Shown piece by piece: positions 1-13,163 of a stretch of 64,000 nt of DNA. The position numbers were made by a program, and so were the translations under genes. The notes below the pieces were generated by a model, which saw only the letters and a list, made by a program, of their open reading frames with translations, had not been told where the DNA came from and made no database searches. The stretch comes from Eledone cirrhosa (lineage: Eukaryota): assembly GCA_964016885.1 (NCBI GenBank), contig OZ024743.1:308202001-308266000 (forward strand). The letters run 5' to 3'. Positions within the stretch are counted from its first letter, which is position 1. Every line of letters begins with the position of its first letter.

Positions 1-59
1 AGAACAGTTTCAGTAAAAAAAAAAAGAGGTCGGGTTTGAGGTTTTGGGTGTCCTGCTAA

Positions 60-180
60 GAATAAATAACTATCTACCGGACAATAATAAACAAGTAGCA
101 ATGATTTGGATACCAGGCCATACAGATATTAGAGGAAATAAAAAAGCAGATGAATTAGCAAAGGAGGGAGTACAAAGGAA
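60..180 (+). pseudogene. RNase H C-terminal fragment of a non-LTR retrotransposon
   Basis: Translation WIPGHTDIRGNKKADELAKEG matches the RNase HI motif W(V/I)PGHxxxxGNExADxLAK; followed directly by a SINE. Confidence 0.7.
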
Positions 181-190
181 AATAATAATG

Positions 191-399
191 ATTTCTGATT
201 TAGGCACAAGGCCAGCAATTTTGGGGGAGGGGAAAGTCGATTAAATCGACCCCAGTGTGTTACTGGTACTTTATTTTATCGACCTCGTAAGGATGAGAGG
301 CAAAGCTAACGTCGGCGGGATTTGAACTCAGAACGTAAAGGCCCGTTACACAATGCCGTGAAGCATGGGGCCTGACGCTCTACCGATACTGTCAATCCG
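191..399 (-). mobile_element. tRNA-derived SINE, family A
   Basis: Reverse complement of the family A body (GAGTTCAAATCCCGCCGA..GGTCGATAAAATAAAGTACCAG..GCTGGCCTTGTGCC); AAT repeats at flanks. Confidence 0.85.
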
Positions 400-616
400 A
401 AATAATAATAGAATTCGATTCTCCCTAGTGGTTGCTACACTTTTTTTCCGTCCATAGGGGTATTTTACCCGATTTTCGAAGCTATTATTTATAGTAATCG
501 ACTGTATTTACAGTTTTTTCTACGTCTGAGTTCCTAAACATTTTCTATGAGTTTCATAATTCCTCACCGCTTTACATACAATGTTGTTTATATATATATG
601 TGTGTGTGTGTGTAAT

Positions 617-691
<75 letters not shown>

Positions 692-717
692 TTATATATG
701 TGTGTGTGTGTGTAATC

Positions 718-782
<65 letters not shown>

Positions 783-920
783 TATATATTATATATGTGT
801 GTATTTATATGTATATATATATAAGAAGAAGGGATATTCAATTTGTTGGTAATTCAACAAATATAAATGTTTATAACTGATTCAGAGCACTCGACAATTT
901 TTCTGGAGTATAATATTCAA

Positions 921-1221
921 TGATATTAAATAAAGGGAAACTATATTTATAAAACCATATTTATTCTATTATATATATTTCAAGGGTACCAAAACTTTGG
1001 TACGCTATCATCAGATAAAATACGAAGTGTGTTTTATAAATTTTGACATAACCAAGTAAAATACCTTAACGGTTCAAGTTTTCCTTGGATAGTGACTAAA
1101 TTTATAAGACACACTTCGTATTTTATCTGATGATAGCGTACTAAAGTTTTAGAACCCTTGAAATATATATAATAGAATTAATATGGTTTAATAAATATAG
1201 TTTCCATTTATTTAATATCAT
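921..1221. repeat. Inverted repeat (~120-bp arms) with an HHR motif in each arm, PLE-end-like
   Basis: 921-1043 is the near reverse complement of 1098-1221; (TA)n flanks; third family copy at ~61590-61700. Confidence 0.85.
1120..1178 (+). ncRNA. Type I hammerhead ribozyme motif (mirror copy 963-1021 on minus strand)
   Basis: ATTTTAT-CTGATGA-stem II-GAAA-TATATA-TA-ATAGAAT; stem I pairs, stem III is palindromic. Confidence 0.7.
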
Positions 1222-1264
<43 letters not shown>

Positions 1265-1318
1265 CGTTTCTGAATTTGTTTAGCAAGATTTTTTATCGGA
1301 AAACGTGCGTTGAAACCG

Positions 1319-1412
1319 ATATTGTTATACTTTGGGAGGGTCATGTTGCCAATAAGAAACACACGCACTGGTGCGTGTGTTTCTTATTGGCAACACGACC
1401 CTCCCAAAGTAT

Positions 1413-1420
<8 letters not shown>
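1319..1420. repeat. Near-perfect ~100-bp palindrome abutting (TA)n
   Basis: ATATTGTTATACTTTGGGAGGGTC..CACACGCA/TGCGTGTG..GACCCTCCCAAAGTATAACAATAT, one mismatch. Confidence 0.9.
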
Positions 1421-1469
<49 letters not shown>

Positions 1470-2259
1470 TATATGTGTGTGTGTGTGTGTGTGTATTACC
1501 CGCCGAAACACGATTCTCGCTGAATTGATATATATATATATATATTATGGAAAGCATTTGCCGGAGGCTGTTATACTGTAGATGCACCACTTATTCTGGA
1601 ATATTTAATCTGAGAACTTAAACTGAAACAAAAGATATTTACTTAATTTAACTTTAAAATCGTTACATATAATGCATCTGACGTACTAACAACTCTGCCA
1701 ATTCGCTGCCTATTTGATTCCATAGAGAGAAAAAAATACAATATAAAACCAACAAACATATTTTACGTCATATTAACTGCTCGGATTAAATATTCCTAAA
1801 TAAGTGCTGCATCGTTACTGCTTGTACTGTGTAACAACCTGCGGCAAATATTACAAATTAAAAATGGTGGTTACAATTTATGCTCCTGCTTCGTTTAACA
1901 ACGATTTTAAAGTTAAATTATACATACATAAAATATATGGCTTTTATTAATAATAAACCATGCATACAATTGAATTATATGCATCGACAAATATGTGTGA
2001 CCTCGCAAATATGTGTGCAAGTGAGTATGGGACTGAGGTTGGGTGTATGGTATATAATGTATGGTGCAGCGTGTATGGTGTTGGTGTGTGGAGTAGTAAA
2101 ATGGACAAATGTGTCTGTGTTATGTGTATGTATACTTGTTTTGTGTAATGTATGTATTTGTAAACATTTATATATGTATATACACACACACATATATATA
2201 TGTATATACATATATATATATATACATATACATACTTACATATATATATATATATATAC

Positions 2260-2292
<33 letters not shown>

Positions 2293-2434
2293 CTTAGGTT
2301 AATAGGAGTTAGGTATTGTATACCCGTGTCCCATTAAGGTATTGGCAGCATAATAATTAGCTCTATGCTTTGGAGCAGAGCCGTATATATGATAAAGAAC
2401 ACAAGAGCGTCTACAACATCAAAAAATTTTTATT

Positions 2435-2482
2435 GGCTTACAATGTTTCTTCCTTACGTAACCGTAGGATTCTTCAGAGCTA
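2435..2482 (-). ncRNA. Hammerhead ribozyme motif in a (TA)n-flanked element (~2296-2735)
   Basis: Minus strand reads GCT-CTGAAGA-ATCCTACGGTTACGTAAGGAA-GAAA-CATTG-TA-AGC. Confidence 0.65.
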
Positions 2483-2735
2483 TAAAAGGGGTTTGATTGG
2501 TGTTATGGACTCTACCAACCAAACATTCAAGAACAAAGAGTAAAGAGAGTAAAGAGCAAAAGCAGGGGACGATAAGTCTAATTTTGGTGCCGATGGGTGG
2601 GGTGTGGGTTCTTGTTTACTAGCTGTGGTCATACTCATTCCCGGGAGTCGAGTGGTTAGTGGAGCCATAGATGGGGTGGCGTCGATAGTAGGGTGCAGAG
2701 GGTGTGCAGAGGCTGCACACACACAAAGGGCATAC

Positions 2736-2817
<82 letters not shown>

Positions 2818-2823
<6 letters not shown>

Positions 2824-3540
2824 TAAAACATGTCTATAGAATCACCAGATAAAATATATACCATTTCCTATATGTATATATGTATATACAGTATATATAT
2901 ATATATATATGTAAACCTTTATATGTAATAATCTCCCGTTAGGTTGAGATACAAATTTGGTTGTATTGTGCTGCGCTTTCTAGCAAAAAGCCACCAGCCG
3001 TAAGCAACTAACCACACTCCTTCCAACCTGACCGCTGCTACGTCACGATTCTTAGCCATTTTTTAATGTATTCTTGGCGCGATCACTTTGGAAAATTTAT
3101 TGTCTAGATTTGAGCAAACTCCTGAAGAGTCCGGTGCTCAAGGTTCCGAAGTTATCGGAAATCTTAAAATACGGACGAAACCATGGTCGAGGTAAATAAA
3201 TGTATTCTCTTTTCTCCTAGTTTATTTTACACTTAATTCTGTTTAATTGACTGTATATCTAGGCGATTACGCTGTCGAAATATTCGATAAATATTCCGTC
3301 GCAGCTGGCGCGAAGGGCTGGTTTCGGTTATTTGTTGGAGATTTTTTCATAGAAGCCTTATTCTTATAGCCTGGTCTATTCGATTTTTTATATGGTTAAT
3401 TATGCTAATTGGGAGAGGAAATGGTATATATTTTATCTGGTGATTCTATAGACATGTTTTATGATATATAGCTCTGATTATTTAATTTATTAACTTTTCA
3501 TTGAGCCACAAAGTTACCCGTTGCAAAACACGTATATGTA
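2818..3540 (+). mobile_element. Non-coding HHR element, ~650-nt family (divergent copy with a 5' inverted segment)
   Basis: Homologous to 6115-6715 and 19401-20105; 2818-2869 is an inverted copy of ~3417-3468; embedded in (TA)n. Confidence 0.75.
3118..3192 (+). ncRNA. Minimal type I hammerhead ribozyme with palindromic stem III
   Basis: CTC-CTGAAGA-GTCCG..CGGAC-GAAA-CCATGG-TC-GAG; GUC cleavage triplet. Confidence 0.85.
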
Positions 3541-3576
3541 TATATGTATATATATATATATATATATATGTAAACC

Positions 3577-3612
<36 letters not shown>

Positions 3613-3828
3613 TGAATATGTGTAATAAAGCCAAAACAATGCAGGTATGGACATAGAAAAAAGAATGCAATTGTAAAAGATATTGTTGACAATTCGTCCT
3701 TTACCTCAGATTTATTTAAATGTCCTTAATTTTCGAGATAATATCTCTTCTTCAGAGGGAAATAAAGGTCTCAAGCCAGCGTTCTAAATATCTTGCCAAG
3801 CCATGCTGACAGGAAATAGTATATTTTC

Positions 3829-4553
3829 TATAAAAAAGCCGCCAGCGGGGACCTGTTCGTACATTTCAGATCGGCCCTCCCACTCGGTGCCAAGTTCGGA
3901 TACATAAGGAACGAACTGGCACGTATCCGGAACAAATGCACCGACGCTAGAGACCGAGACACACACACCACACATTTCCTGGAAGTACTCAAACTGAACG
4001 GATACACGACATCCACCACAACCGTGCCAGAAATAACAGAGGACACCACACCCGAGGCACTAACACTTGCTTCCTGAAGCTCCCACACTTCAGTGAAGAA
4101 ACAACAACAGCCATCCGCAGAGCCATCAGACGAGAGGGACTGGATATCCAACTGGCCCACTCGGGTCCTTCTCTGCGCGGACGGCTGGCCAAGAGACACT
4201 CCACCAGACATGACAACTGCTGCAGACTAGCCAACTGCCCCATCAACGACACAGACCTATGCCACCAGGCTTACGTCGTATACAGACTAGAGTGTGACAA
4301 ATGCAACAACTTTTACGTAGGTAGCACCACCAGACCACTCCACATAAGAATAAAAGAACACCTCAATACTAACGCTTCCTCATTTAAGAAACACCTAGTT
4401 AAATGCAAAAACACCGACAAAACCATAACAGTTAGGATAGAAACTAAGAACAGAAACCTCGGCAATCTTAGAATTAAGGAAGCACTAATTATAGATAAAA
4501 CACAACCACCAATCAATAATAGACTAGAACTCAACACCCAATTTATAACCTGA
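3829..4553 (+). pseudogene. PLE RT C-terminus plus GIY-YIG endonuclease (frameshifted; absent from ORF track)
   Basis: Manual translation YKKAASGDLFVHFRSALP...FLKLPHFSE...CHQAYVVYRLECDKCNNFYVGSTTRPLHIRIKEH...RIKEALIIDKTQPPINN*; frameshift between 3997 and 4071. Confidence 0.9.
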
Positions 4554-4960
4554 TAGGGCTTCTAGCCCCATATTTACACACCCCACACACACACACACAC
4601 GCACGCGCACACACACACGCTTACACCTCCACTTATTCTCTCTCACACATACACACACAAAACCAGTTCTAACACCAGATAACACCTATCCCCCACATTT
4701 ACGAATAGACTTATCTTCTCACACTCACACACACACACTCACATACTTACACCTTCATGCATTCTCCCACACACTTATACAGGCATGTATATAAAATAAA
4801 AAAAAATTAAAACCCCTAAACAAACCCCTTTTAAAGGGAGACTACTCTTTATCCACCTAATTTTAACTCTTTGACATTAGAGATAGAACAGATACTCTAT
4901 ACTATTTCCTGTCAGCATGGCTTGGCAAGATATTTATAACGCTGGTTTGAGACCTTTATT

Positions 4961-4998
4961 TCCCTCTGAAGAAGAGATATTATCTCGAAAATTAAGGA
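4961..4998 (+). ncRNA. Minimal hammerhead motif in PLE pLTR (mirror copy ~3722-3760 on minus strand)
   Basis: CCT-CTGAAGA-A-GAGATA-T-TATCTC-GAAA-AT-TA-AGG. Confidence 0.7.
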
Positions 4999-5156
4999 CA
5001 TTTAAATAAATCAAAGGTAAAGGACGAATTGTCAACAATATCTTTTACAATTGCATTCTTTTTTCTATGTCCATACCTGCATTGTTTTGGCTTCATTACA
5101 CATATTGAAACGTTTATACCTCATTACACAATGCTTCAAGTGAACTATAACCTCCT

Positions 5157-5460
<304 letters not shown>

Positions 5461-5542
5461 CGGGAAAATATTTTTTTAGAAAAAGTATGTGTATTCAGTC
5501 AGCCATCTTGTAGAAATATATATATATAACGCAGCGAAACTG

Positions 5543-6098
5543 TATACATATATGTATACAGACGTACAGTAGTATGTATATATATATACATACATGCACA
5601 CATATATATATGTACGTATTGATTCATCGAACATTTATTATAATGCTCGGTGTGTTTGTAAACAAACATCCCGTATTAAGCCGTAGTGTCCAGCAACCAT
5701 CTTTGCTCGTTTGTTCAACACTTACAAAGGAACGCTGTACTAGTTTCAAGCTTATTAGCTATCGTCAGCAACGTATACCTTCCTGCCAGATTGTTGAACT
5801 ATATACTTACCTCATGCATATTAACGGCTGAGAAGCCCAATTTGCATATCGAATGGGTTAATCGGCCGGGTGCACCGAAAACGATAAACGGAAAAAATGA
5901 AACGAAATTTCATTTTCCACTCTTAGTACGGCTGTTACTTAAATATAAGTACGTACACGTACATACATATATGTATACAGACGTACAGTAGTATGTATAT
6001 ATATATACATACATCCACACATATATATATGTACGTATGGATTCACCGAACATTTGTTATAATGCTCGGTGTGTTTGTAAACAAACATCCCGTATTAG
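5543..6098. repeat. ~420-bp unit with ~135-bp terminal direct repeat
   Basis: 5543-5679 is repeated at ~5963-6098 (..GACGTACAGTAGTATG..ATAATGCTCGGTGTGTTTGTAAACAAACATCCCGTATTA). Confidence 0.8.
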
Positions 6099-6114
6099 AT
6101 ATATATAGATATTT

Positions 6115-6750
6115 GTAATAGCCCGTAGAAATTGACTAGACATATAGTTAACCATCCACTATTAGGTACAAAATCAAAATGTACATAAACATACCAAAAA
6201 CATGTTTCTACCCCCGGAAGTTTCATTCGCTTTTTGGAAATATCCGATCATGGATAAATCAACGAGTTTCGAAATCATCAGGAAACAAACACAATTGGAC
6301 AAAGATTTTTCTTAAATGATCCCCGCCAGAAACGAATTCAAAATGGCTAAGAATTGTCACATGGCCAGTGGTCAAGTCAGAAAGCTTGTGATTGGTGCCT
6401 GACGGCGAGTAGGCTGGTTGCTAGAAAGCGCAGCCGAATACTGCCTAAAGTTTTACTCAACCTTACGGGAGTTTATAAAATATAGAGGTTTACATATACA
6501 TAAACTAGACAGAGCCATAGATATACATATGTTTTTAGCAACCATTCACGGTGTGACTCAATGACGAATTAATTAATTAAATAATCAACAATCAGAGCAA
6601 TATATAAGAAAATTAGTCCATAGAATCATTTGATAAAATATATACAGTATTTCTTCTTCCAATCAGCATAATCAACCACACAAAAAATCAATTAAACAAG
6701 CTATAAGTTTAAAATGTATATATACATATATCTATGGCTCTGTCTAGTTT
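6115..6750 (-). mobile_element. Non-coding HHR element, ~650-nt family; HHR at 6204-6286
   Basis: GTTTC-CTGATGA-TTTCG..CGAAT-GAAA-CTTCCGGGGG-TA-GAAAC; homologous to 19401-20105; short inversion 6502-6530/6721-6750. Confidence 0.8.
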
Positions 6751-6991
6751 TTGTGCTTGCGTATTTTTCAGGTCTAGTTTAATATCTTTTTAAGGCAACG
6801 CTTGTAATAACTCTAGTTAAACATGATATATATTAATAATAAATTATCGTTGTAATGTAATTATATTATATAATTGTTATTTTATAAATGATCTTATAAA
6901 TATTATTGTAAGATGTATAAAAATATTTTCAGACTTTTAATATAAACAACTACAAAAAACAATCAATATTAAATAAATATTGATTGTTTTT

Positions 6992-7180
6992 GGGGCGGTG
7001 AATTGGCAGTATCGGTAGAGGGTTGGACGCCATGCTTTGATGCATAGAGTTACAGCCCTTGCCATTCTGAGTTCAAATCCCGCAGAGGTTAACTTTGCCT
7101 TTCATCCTTACGTGGTCGATAAAATAAAGTACCAGTAATGCACTGGGATAATTGCTGGCCTTGTACCAAAAGTAGAAACA
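6992..7180 (+). mobile_element. tRNA-derived SINE, family A (full length)
   Basis: A-box-like TGGCAGTATCGG, B-box GAGTTCAAATCC, GCCTTTCATCCTTACG core, tail AGTAGAAACAAT; candidate TSD CAATATTAAATAAATAT. Confidence 0.9.
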
Positions 7181-7823
7181 ATATTAAATAAATATATTTT
7201 ACATAATAATTGTTATAGTTGAATTAATAAAAATTAAATAATTACAAACAAATAGTCTAACATAATAATAAAAAAATAATCTTACATAATAACAATAAAA
7301 TAATCTAGCATAAAACGAACAATAATATGGACAAATATACAAGTAAATATGATACAACCAATATTATAAACTTGTTATAACGAACTGAAACAAAAATAGT
7401 TAATATAAATTTTAAAAAATCATATATAAATTAACAATATAACTTACCAAAACGAGAAAAATATTTTGATGATAAACGACGAAATACAGGAGGAAGATTC
7501 GAAAGCGAAACGATAAATAAACGTGCAAACAAAGTGGCGGATGCTTTTGAGCAACAATTACTCTCATTGGTTGATTAGCCAATAAGACGCTGAAATTAGC
7601 CAATAAGACGATGGAATTAGCCAATAAGATGAAACATTACAAAAGATGTTTGCCAAGGATCACAACGTCCAGCGAATCCATTGAATTTTTTCTTCACAAG
7701 CTACGCATATTATATGTCAGACATGCAGACTTTAAACATTCTGTTGTTAGTCACTGCGTGTCTAACAGATCAGTTGTGCTAGAGCGAGAAATAAAATTTC
7801 TAATTATATATATATATATATAT

Positions 7824-7956
<133 letters not shown>

Positions 7957-8144
7957 GGGATGATTCTTGTGTCCGGAGCACATGAGGTATGGGCTCGATA
8001 CTCACGTATACAGAAGATACCCTTTGTTCCGTTCAGAGTACTTACAGGCCCCGTTATTAGACTGTATTTTACAGTAAAATAAATACAACGAAAGCTTCTA
8101 ATTCAATTTATATAAATGTGTGTGTGTGTGTGTGTGTGTGTGAC

Positions 8145-8493
8145 GGCGCATGGATTAGTGGTTAAAGCGTCGGGCTTACAATCATGAGTTTGTGAGTTCG
8201 ATTCCCGGACCGAAGTGTGTGTAGTGTTAAAATACATATTAATATATGTATATATATTTATTTCACGTTGCTCTAGTTTACTCAGTTGTAGAAATGAGGT
8301 GTGATGGCACTGGTGCCAAGCTGTATCGGACTTTGCCTTTCCCTTAAACAACATCTGTGCCATGGGAAGGGGAGATTGGTATGCATGGGTAACTGCTGTC
8401 TTCCATAAACAACCTTGCATGGACTTGTGTCTCGGAGGGGTACTTTCTAGACGCAAATCCCATGGTCATTCTTGACGGAAGGGGTCTTTACCC
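8145..8493 (+). mobile_element. tRNA-derived SINE, family B
   Basis: GGCGCATGGATTAGTGGTTAAAGCG..GAGTTCGATTCC head; related copy at 47779-47985. Confidence 0.8.
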
Positions 8494-8502
8494 ATTAGTC
8501 AT

Positions 8503-8792
8503 GTTAAGCAATGAAAACAAAAAGACGAGGTTTAGTGCTTCATGAATCCTTTGTTTTACGATCGTTTCAAAGGGTGATATGAACCATGATAATATCGATA
8601 TCCTGACTAATCATACCATTGTTTCTGATGATGAATTGTGAAATGGCTGTGTTTTGTCGAGGTTAATAATATGGAGTTACATGACTGCTATCGATTAGTC
8701 AAAACATCGATATTATCATGGTTCATTTCACTCTTTGAAATTATCGTAAAATAATGGATTCATTAAGCCGTCTTTTGTTATCATTGTTTAAC
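8503..8792. repeat. Imperfect inverted repeat (~100-bp arms), MITE or foldback-like
   Basis: 8503-8612 is complementary to 8693-8792 (ATGAACCATGATAATATCGAT/ATCGATATTATCATGGTTCAT). Confidence 0.75.
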
Positions 8793-8919
8793 CTGCATAC
8801 CTGACTCTAGTTGTCTGAATACTCAACAACATATAATAAGATATCATTTTTCCACAAAAACAGATTCCACCTTGTTTCGATGATATTCATATCTATACTA
8901 CATTGAGTTCTAACAGTGT

Positions 8920-9240
8920 TATGACTGGCACTCCGTCGGTTACGACGACGAGTGTTCCAGTTGATACGATCAACGGAACAATCTGCTCGTGAAATTAACA
9001 TGCAAGTGGCTGAGCATTCTACAGAAACGTGTATACCCTTAACGTAGTTCTCAGTGAGATTCAGCGTGACACAGAATGTGACAAGGCTGGCCCTTCAAAT
9101 TAACGGTACATCTCATTTTTGTCAACTGAAGCAACGTAAAATAGAGTATCTTGCTCAAGGACGCAACGTGCCGCCAGGAATCGAACTCATTACCTTACGA
9201 TTGTGAGCCGAATACCCTAACCACAAAGCCACGCGTCTTC
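8920..9240 (-). mobile_element. tRNA-derived SINE with CORE-like segment, family C
   Basis: Minus strand CGCGTGGCTTTGTGGTTAGGG..GAGTTCGATTCC..GTCCTTGAGCAAGA; 3' part recurs at ~43150-43300 and ~50530-50680. Confidence 0.8.
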
Positions 9241-9280
9241 ACTAACAGTGTTATATGTCATACCATAATTAGATAGAATA

Positions 9281-9426
9281 CTAGCAGAATGGCCCGGCGT
9301 TGCTCGGGATTTGCTCTAGGGTTCTTATATATTTGATATATATTTATCCTTATCGAACCTCGTGAAATAAATACGTTTGTTTATATTTTGTTATTGTGTA
9401 TGCAAAAATATCTGTACACGAATATA

Positions 9427-9514
<88 letters not shown>

Positions 9515-9650
9515 TAACAGATTAATTAAAGTTTAAGCAAAGAATCGCTTCTCTCACCCTGAACGGGATCTTCTGAAACTAAAAAAAATCAATCTGTGAA
9601 AGCAGAAGTAAATATTTCGAAAAACGTTACACATTATATATATATACACA

Positions 9651-9706
<56 letters not shown>

Positions 9707-10005
9707 TATATATATATCCATATATATATATATACACACACATATAGCGTCATAATGTCGTAATGCAGACAGATATTATAAAGGCGCAACGTTATATCTA
9801 CGTATCTATCTAAAAAGAAAGACTAAGAATTATAGAGAAAGATCGCTAAATCGCCTAATGCGGTCCCTAGGGCATTGAACATTTGAAATATTCTTTCTTC
9901 GAAACACTCACACGACCATGTGTAAAGTTTGAAAACAATCGGTTAGGTGGTTCTCGCGTTTTAGGGATTCAGACAGAAAGGCATTCTCTGTTTTAGATAT
10001 ATAGA
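9281..10005 (-). mobile_element. Non-autonomous Helitron
   Basis: Minus strand A|TC start, subterminal hairpin CCCGAGCAACGCCGGG, CTAG|T end, no TSD; relatives at 38342-39310 and 58190-58519. Confidence 0.8.
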
Positions 10006-10514
10006 TTAGTGAGTATTAAAATATATACCAAAATATAGTTATGAAACGCGACATTTTTCTCAACATTTAGGCTGTAATAATTGTTAACCATTTTGTTGCC
10101 ATCTTTCTAATGAAAGACGTTACTTATGATTTTCCAATAATTTCGGCGTTCTTGGCCCCCAGACCACATCCCTACTCACTGTTATCGGAGCGGAGTTGGC
10201 TAGCCCAGTGAGGTGGTGTGGTTCTAGCATGTCTATCTCACCATCCTCCGGGGCAATGACTTCACCATTCTGTCGGCTGGGACCACGAGCTAGACTGACC
10301 CTTAAGTTTCATTTATGATGGTGGAATGTGGAATAAATTTACGTATTTATTATATTGTGTAGACTTTGCTAGCCAAAATTTAATGAATTATTAAACCTCT
10401 ATATATCTCAAATGTCAAAATTAATCGAGAATTTAGGGGGAGGGGCTAATTTAGTAATATAACTATTTTTCTAAATAATTTGATTTTTAGAATATAACCT
10501 AACAAAGGTTCTCT

Positions 10515-10940
10515 TTTTCTTCTTCTTCGCCCATTTATTCCTGAGAGGATCGTGGGGGCAGAGTCCTCAAACACTCCCCCCAGCAGGTCCTGTCAGATGC
10601 AACTATCTCCAACTGATCCGGCTGGATCCCCAAGTGTGACCAGCCAAGCTCATGGATGTTATCCAACCATCTTGCTCGGGGTCTACACCTGGGTCTCCTA
10701 CCTGTTGGTTTTGCCCGTAAAATCTGCTCAGCGATTCTTTACTGAGACATTCTAACCACATGCTCATAGTATCGGAGCTGTGATCTCTCAATTCGGAGAA
10801 GTAGCGGCTCTACCTGGAGTGACTCTTTCATCTCTGAGCTACGCACTTTATCGAGTAACGTTACTCCAAAGACCCTTCGGAAGAATCCCATTTCGGCCAC
10901 TTGTATTCGTGATCGTATTCTTTCGGTCATTACCCATAGG
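10515..10940 (-). mobile_element. RTE-clade LINE 3' fragment
   Basis: WVMTERIRSRIQVAEMGFFRRVFGVTLLDKVRSSEM..LLRIERSQLRYYEHVVRM is the typical RTE post-RT region; short (GAA)n tail. Confidence 0.85.
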
Positions 10941-11897
10941 TAAGGGTTGGCACGAGTTTGGCTTTTATGCTTATCTCCCTTCCTCTGATTACTAAATGCT
11001 GAAGCTGGCGCATTGCGCACCAGCTTTTGCAAAAGTTCGTTCATAAAATTATGATGAAAGGTTTTTTAATAAATATAAATACTTTTAGATGGTATTTGGA
11101 ACACAATTTAATAAAAGTTCTTACATAAAATTATAATTTCTTTATTATCTAATTATTTAATAATCACATAAAATTATGATGGAAGTTTTTTAGATAAATA
11201 TAACCACTTTAGAACAGCATTGTTATGCAGAAACAGGTGTGATTTCAGGTGTTTTTGGTATCTGGAACATATTTTACCAAAATCTAATTTAATAATTAGA
11301 TAAAATTATCATGGAAAGTTTTAAGATAAATATAAATATTTTGGAATATATATATTGTGTTATAGAATTTTGGGGCTACGCAGCCGTAAATTTATGATAG
11401 CGTTAGTTTTTTGTAAAATATTTAGTATAGGTTGAGGTCATGTGACCTGTTAGAGAGGGAGCATTAAAAGAAAAGAGACAAACCGGAAGTAACACCGGTC
11501 GATTGTATTTTGGGAATCAGAGGTTTGTGACAGAACTAAGGGTGATTTTAGACAGCTTAATCACAAAAGGGTTAAAAGTTTAAAACGTTACAAAAACATG
11601 AACAAAACAAAAAGTAACAAACACAAAAATCAAGTTTCAACTTGGTGAGCAGTTGAAACGGCAATCTATGGTAGATTTGACAGAAGGTGTAGGTGTGTGT
11701 GTACATGTGTATATGTGTGTGTGTATATATATGTGTGTATGTACGTGCGTTTGAGTCTGTGTGTGTATGTGTGCATATGTGCCTGTGACTGAGTGTATGT
11801 TTATGTGTGTATATGTGTAAATGCGTGCGCGTGCGCATGTGTGTGTGTGTGTGTAACAAAGCAGAAAAGAAAAAGAAAACAGTCAATAAACTTTATA

Positions 11898-11963
11898 TTA
11901 CAGCTGCCATTTTACAAGATTTGTTGTTAGTTGATCTGAAAATTTCTGAACCTTAGCTGAACC
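11898..11963 (-). CDS. Candidate terminal coding exon of an unidentified host gene (GSAKVQKFSDQLTTNLVKWQL*)
   Basis: Pyrimidine-rich acceptor CTCTCTATCTTTTGAACAG then 21 open codons and TAA, in non-repetitive sequence; no homology evidence. Confidence 0.3.
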   Translation of the reverse strand, partial: GSAKVQKFSDQLTTNLVKWQL

Positions 11964-12024
11964 CTGTTCAAAAGATAGAGAGTAGTGTTGTATTCTTATT
12001 TTAGTATGATATTAATAATAATAA

Positions 12025-12990
12025 TTTCTTTATTGGCCACAGGGGCCGACATATAGGGGACAATACAAAGGACAGGGACAGTTGGGGTTTTGCAAAATTA
12101 TCGAGTAAACAATATATAAAAAAACACTAACAATAAACAATATAAATAACAATACAACTTCCTCAGTAGGGTAATGGCCAGACCTCCAGGTGGATAAGAA
12201 CTGAGGCCAGGTAACGTCCGATGTCGCTGTTGAACGGCTTAGATTTGCCTCTCCAGGTGCCGAGCTGCAAACCCACCGACTTTTCCGGGTTCAGTTTTGC
12301 TCCCATCAACCTTTCATATTTTTCTAGGAAGGTGCCGACCACCACGATATCCGAGGTGTTCGACACCATCGCGGTGATGTCGTCCGCATATGCCGACACA
12401 GTCCTTCCACGTCTCGATTCGAGCGGGGTGCCCAGAAACAGCTCCAATTTCCGCTGCAAAGGCTTGAAAGAGGAGAGAGGGCACCGTTCATGGACTGATC
12501 GCGCGATCTGAAACACCATTTACTTTGATCAGTCCGTCAAAGGTTACCTCTCTCCTCCCTTTTGTACGTATTGACTCTATACCCTACAGAAGTTGGAGCT
12601 GTTGCAGGGCATCCCGCTCAAACAGGGACGTGGAAGGGCTGCGTCGGCATATGCGGATATCGCCGTGGTTGTGTCGAACACCTTGGAAACCGAGGTGGTC
12701 GGCACCTTCTTAGAAGAATTTGAAATGTTGACGGGAGCAAAACTGAACCCCAAAAGTCGGTGGGTTTGCAGCTCGACACCTGCTCTAGGAGCGTCGGGCG
12801 GTTTAGGATTTGTGGGGTTTCTAAGTCATCCCTGTGGGGTCCTCCTCCCTATTGGGTAATTTTCATTGTTAATTCTTTTGTTCATTGATATTAGTTAATT
12901 TCTTTCTACTCGATTTCAGTCTACCCCCACTGTCCCTGTCTATTGTATTGTCCCCATTTTTGTTGGCCCTTGTGGTAAAAAAAAAGAAAT
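12025..12990. mobile_element. Two internally deleted Tx1-like LINE fragments in inverted orientation
   Basis: RT motif SAYADDI..KLNPEKSVGLQLGTW on minus (12163-12519) and SAYADI on plus (~12590-12780); similar 3' UTRs at both outer ends; related to the 23475-29130 element. Confidence 0.8.
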
Positions 12991-13098
12991 AATTATTTTG
13001 TTAATGTTTGTAGCGAGTTTCTCTGTATTGGGTGTCGGGAAGACACTCGGGCAAGAAATGGAAACTAAACTGAAGGAAGAGGTAAAACAACAACAATA

Positions 13099-13163
<65 letters not shown>

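Noticed and set aside
8625-8646. CTGATGA..GAAA in the loop of the 8503-8792 inverted repeat
   Set aside because: No convincing stems I, II or III and no cleavage triplet
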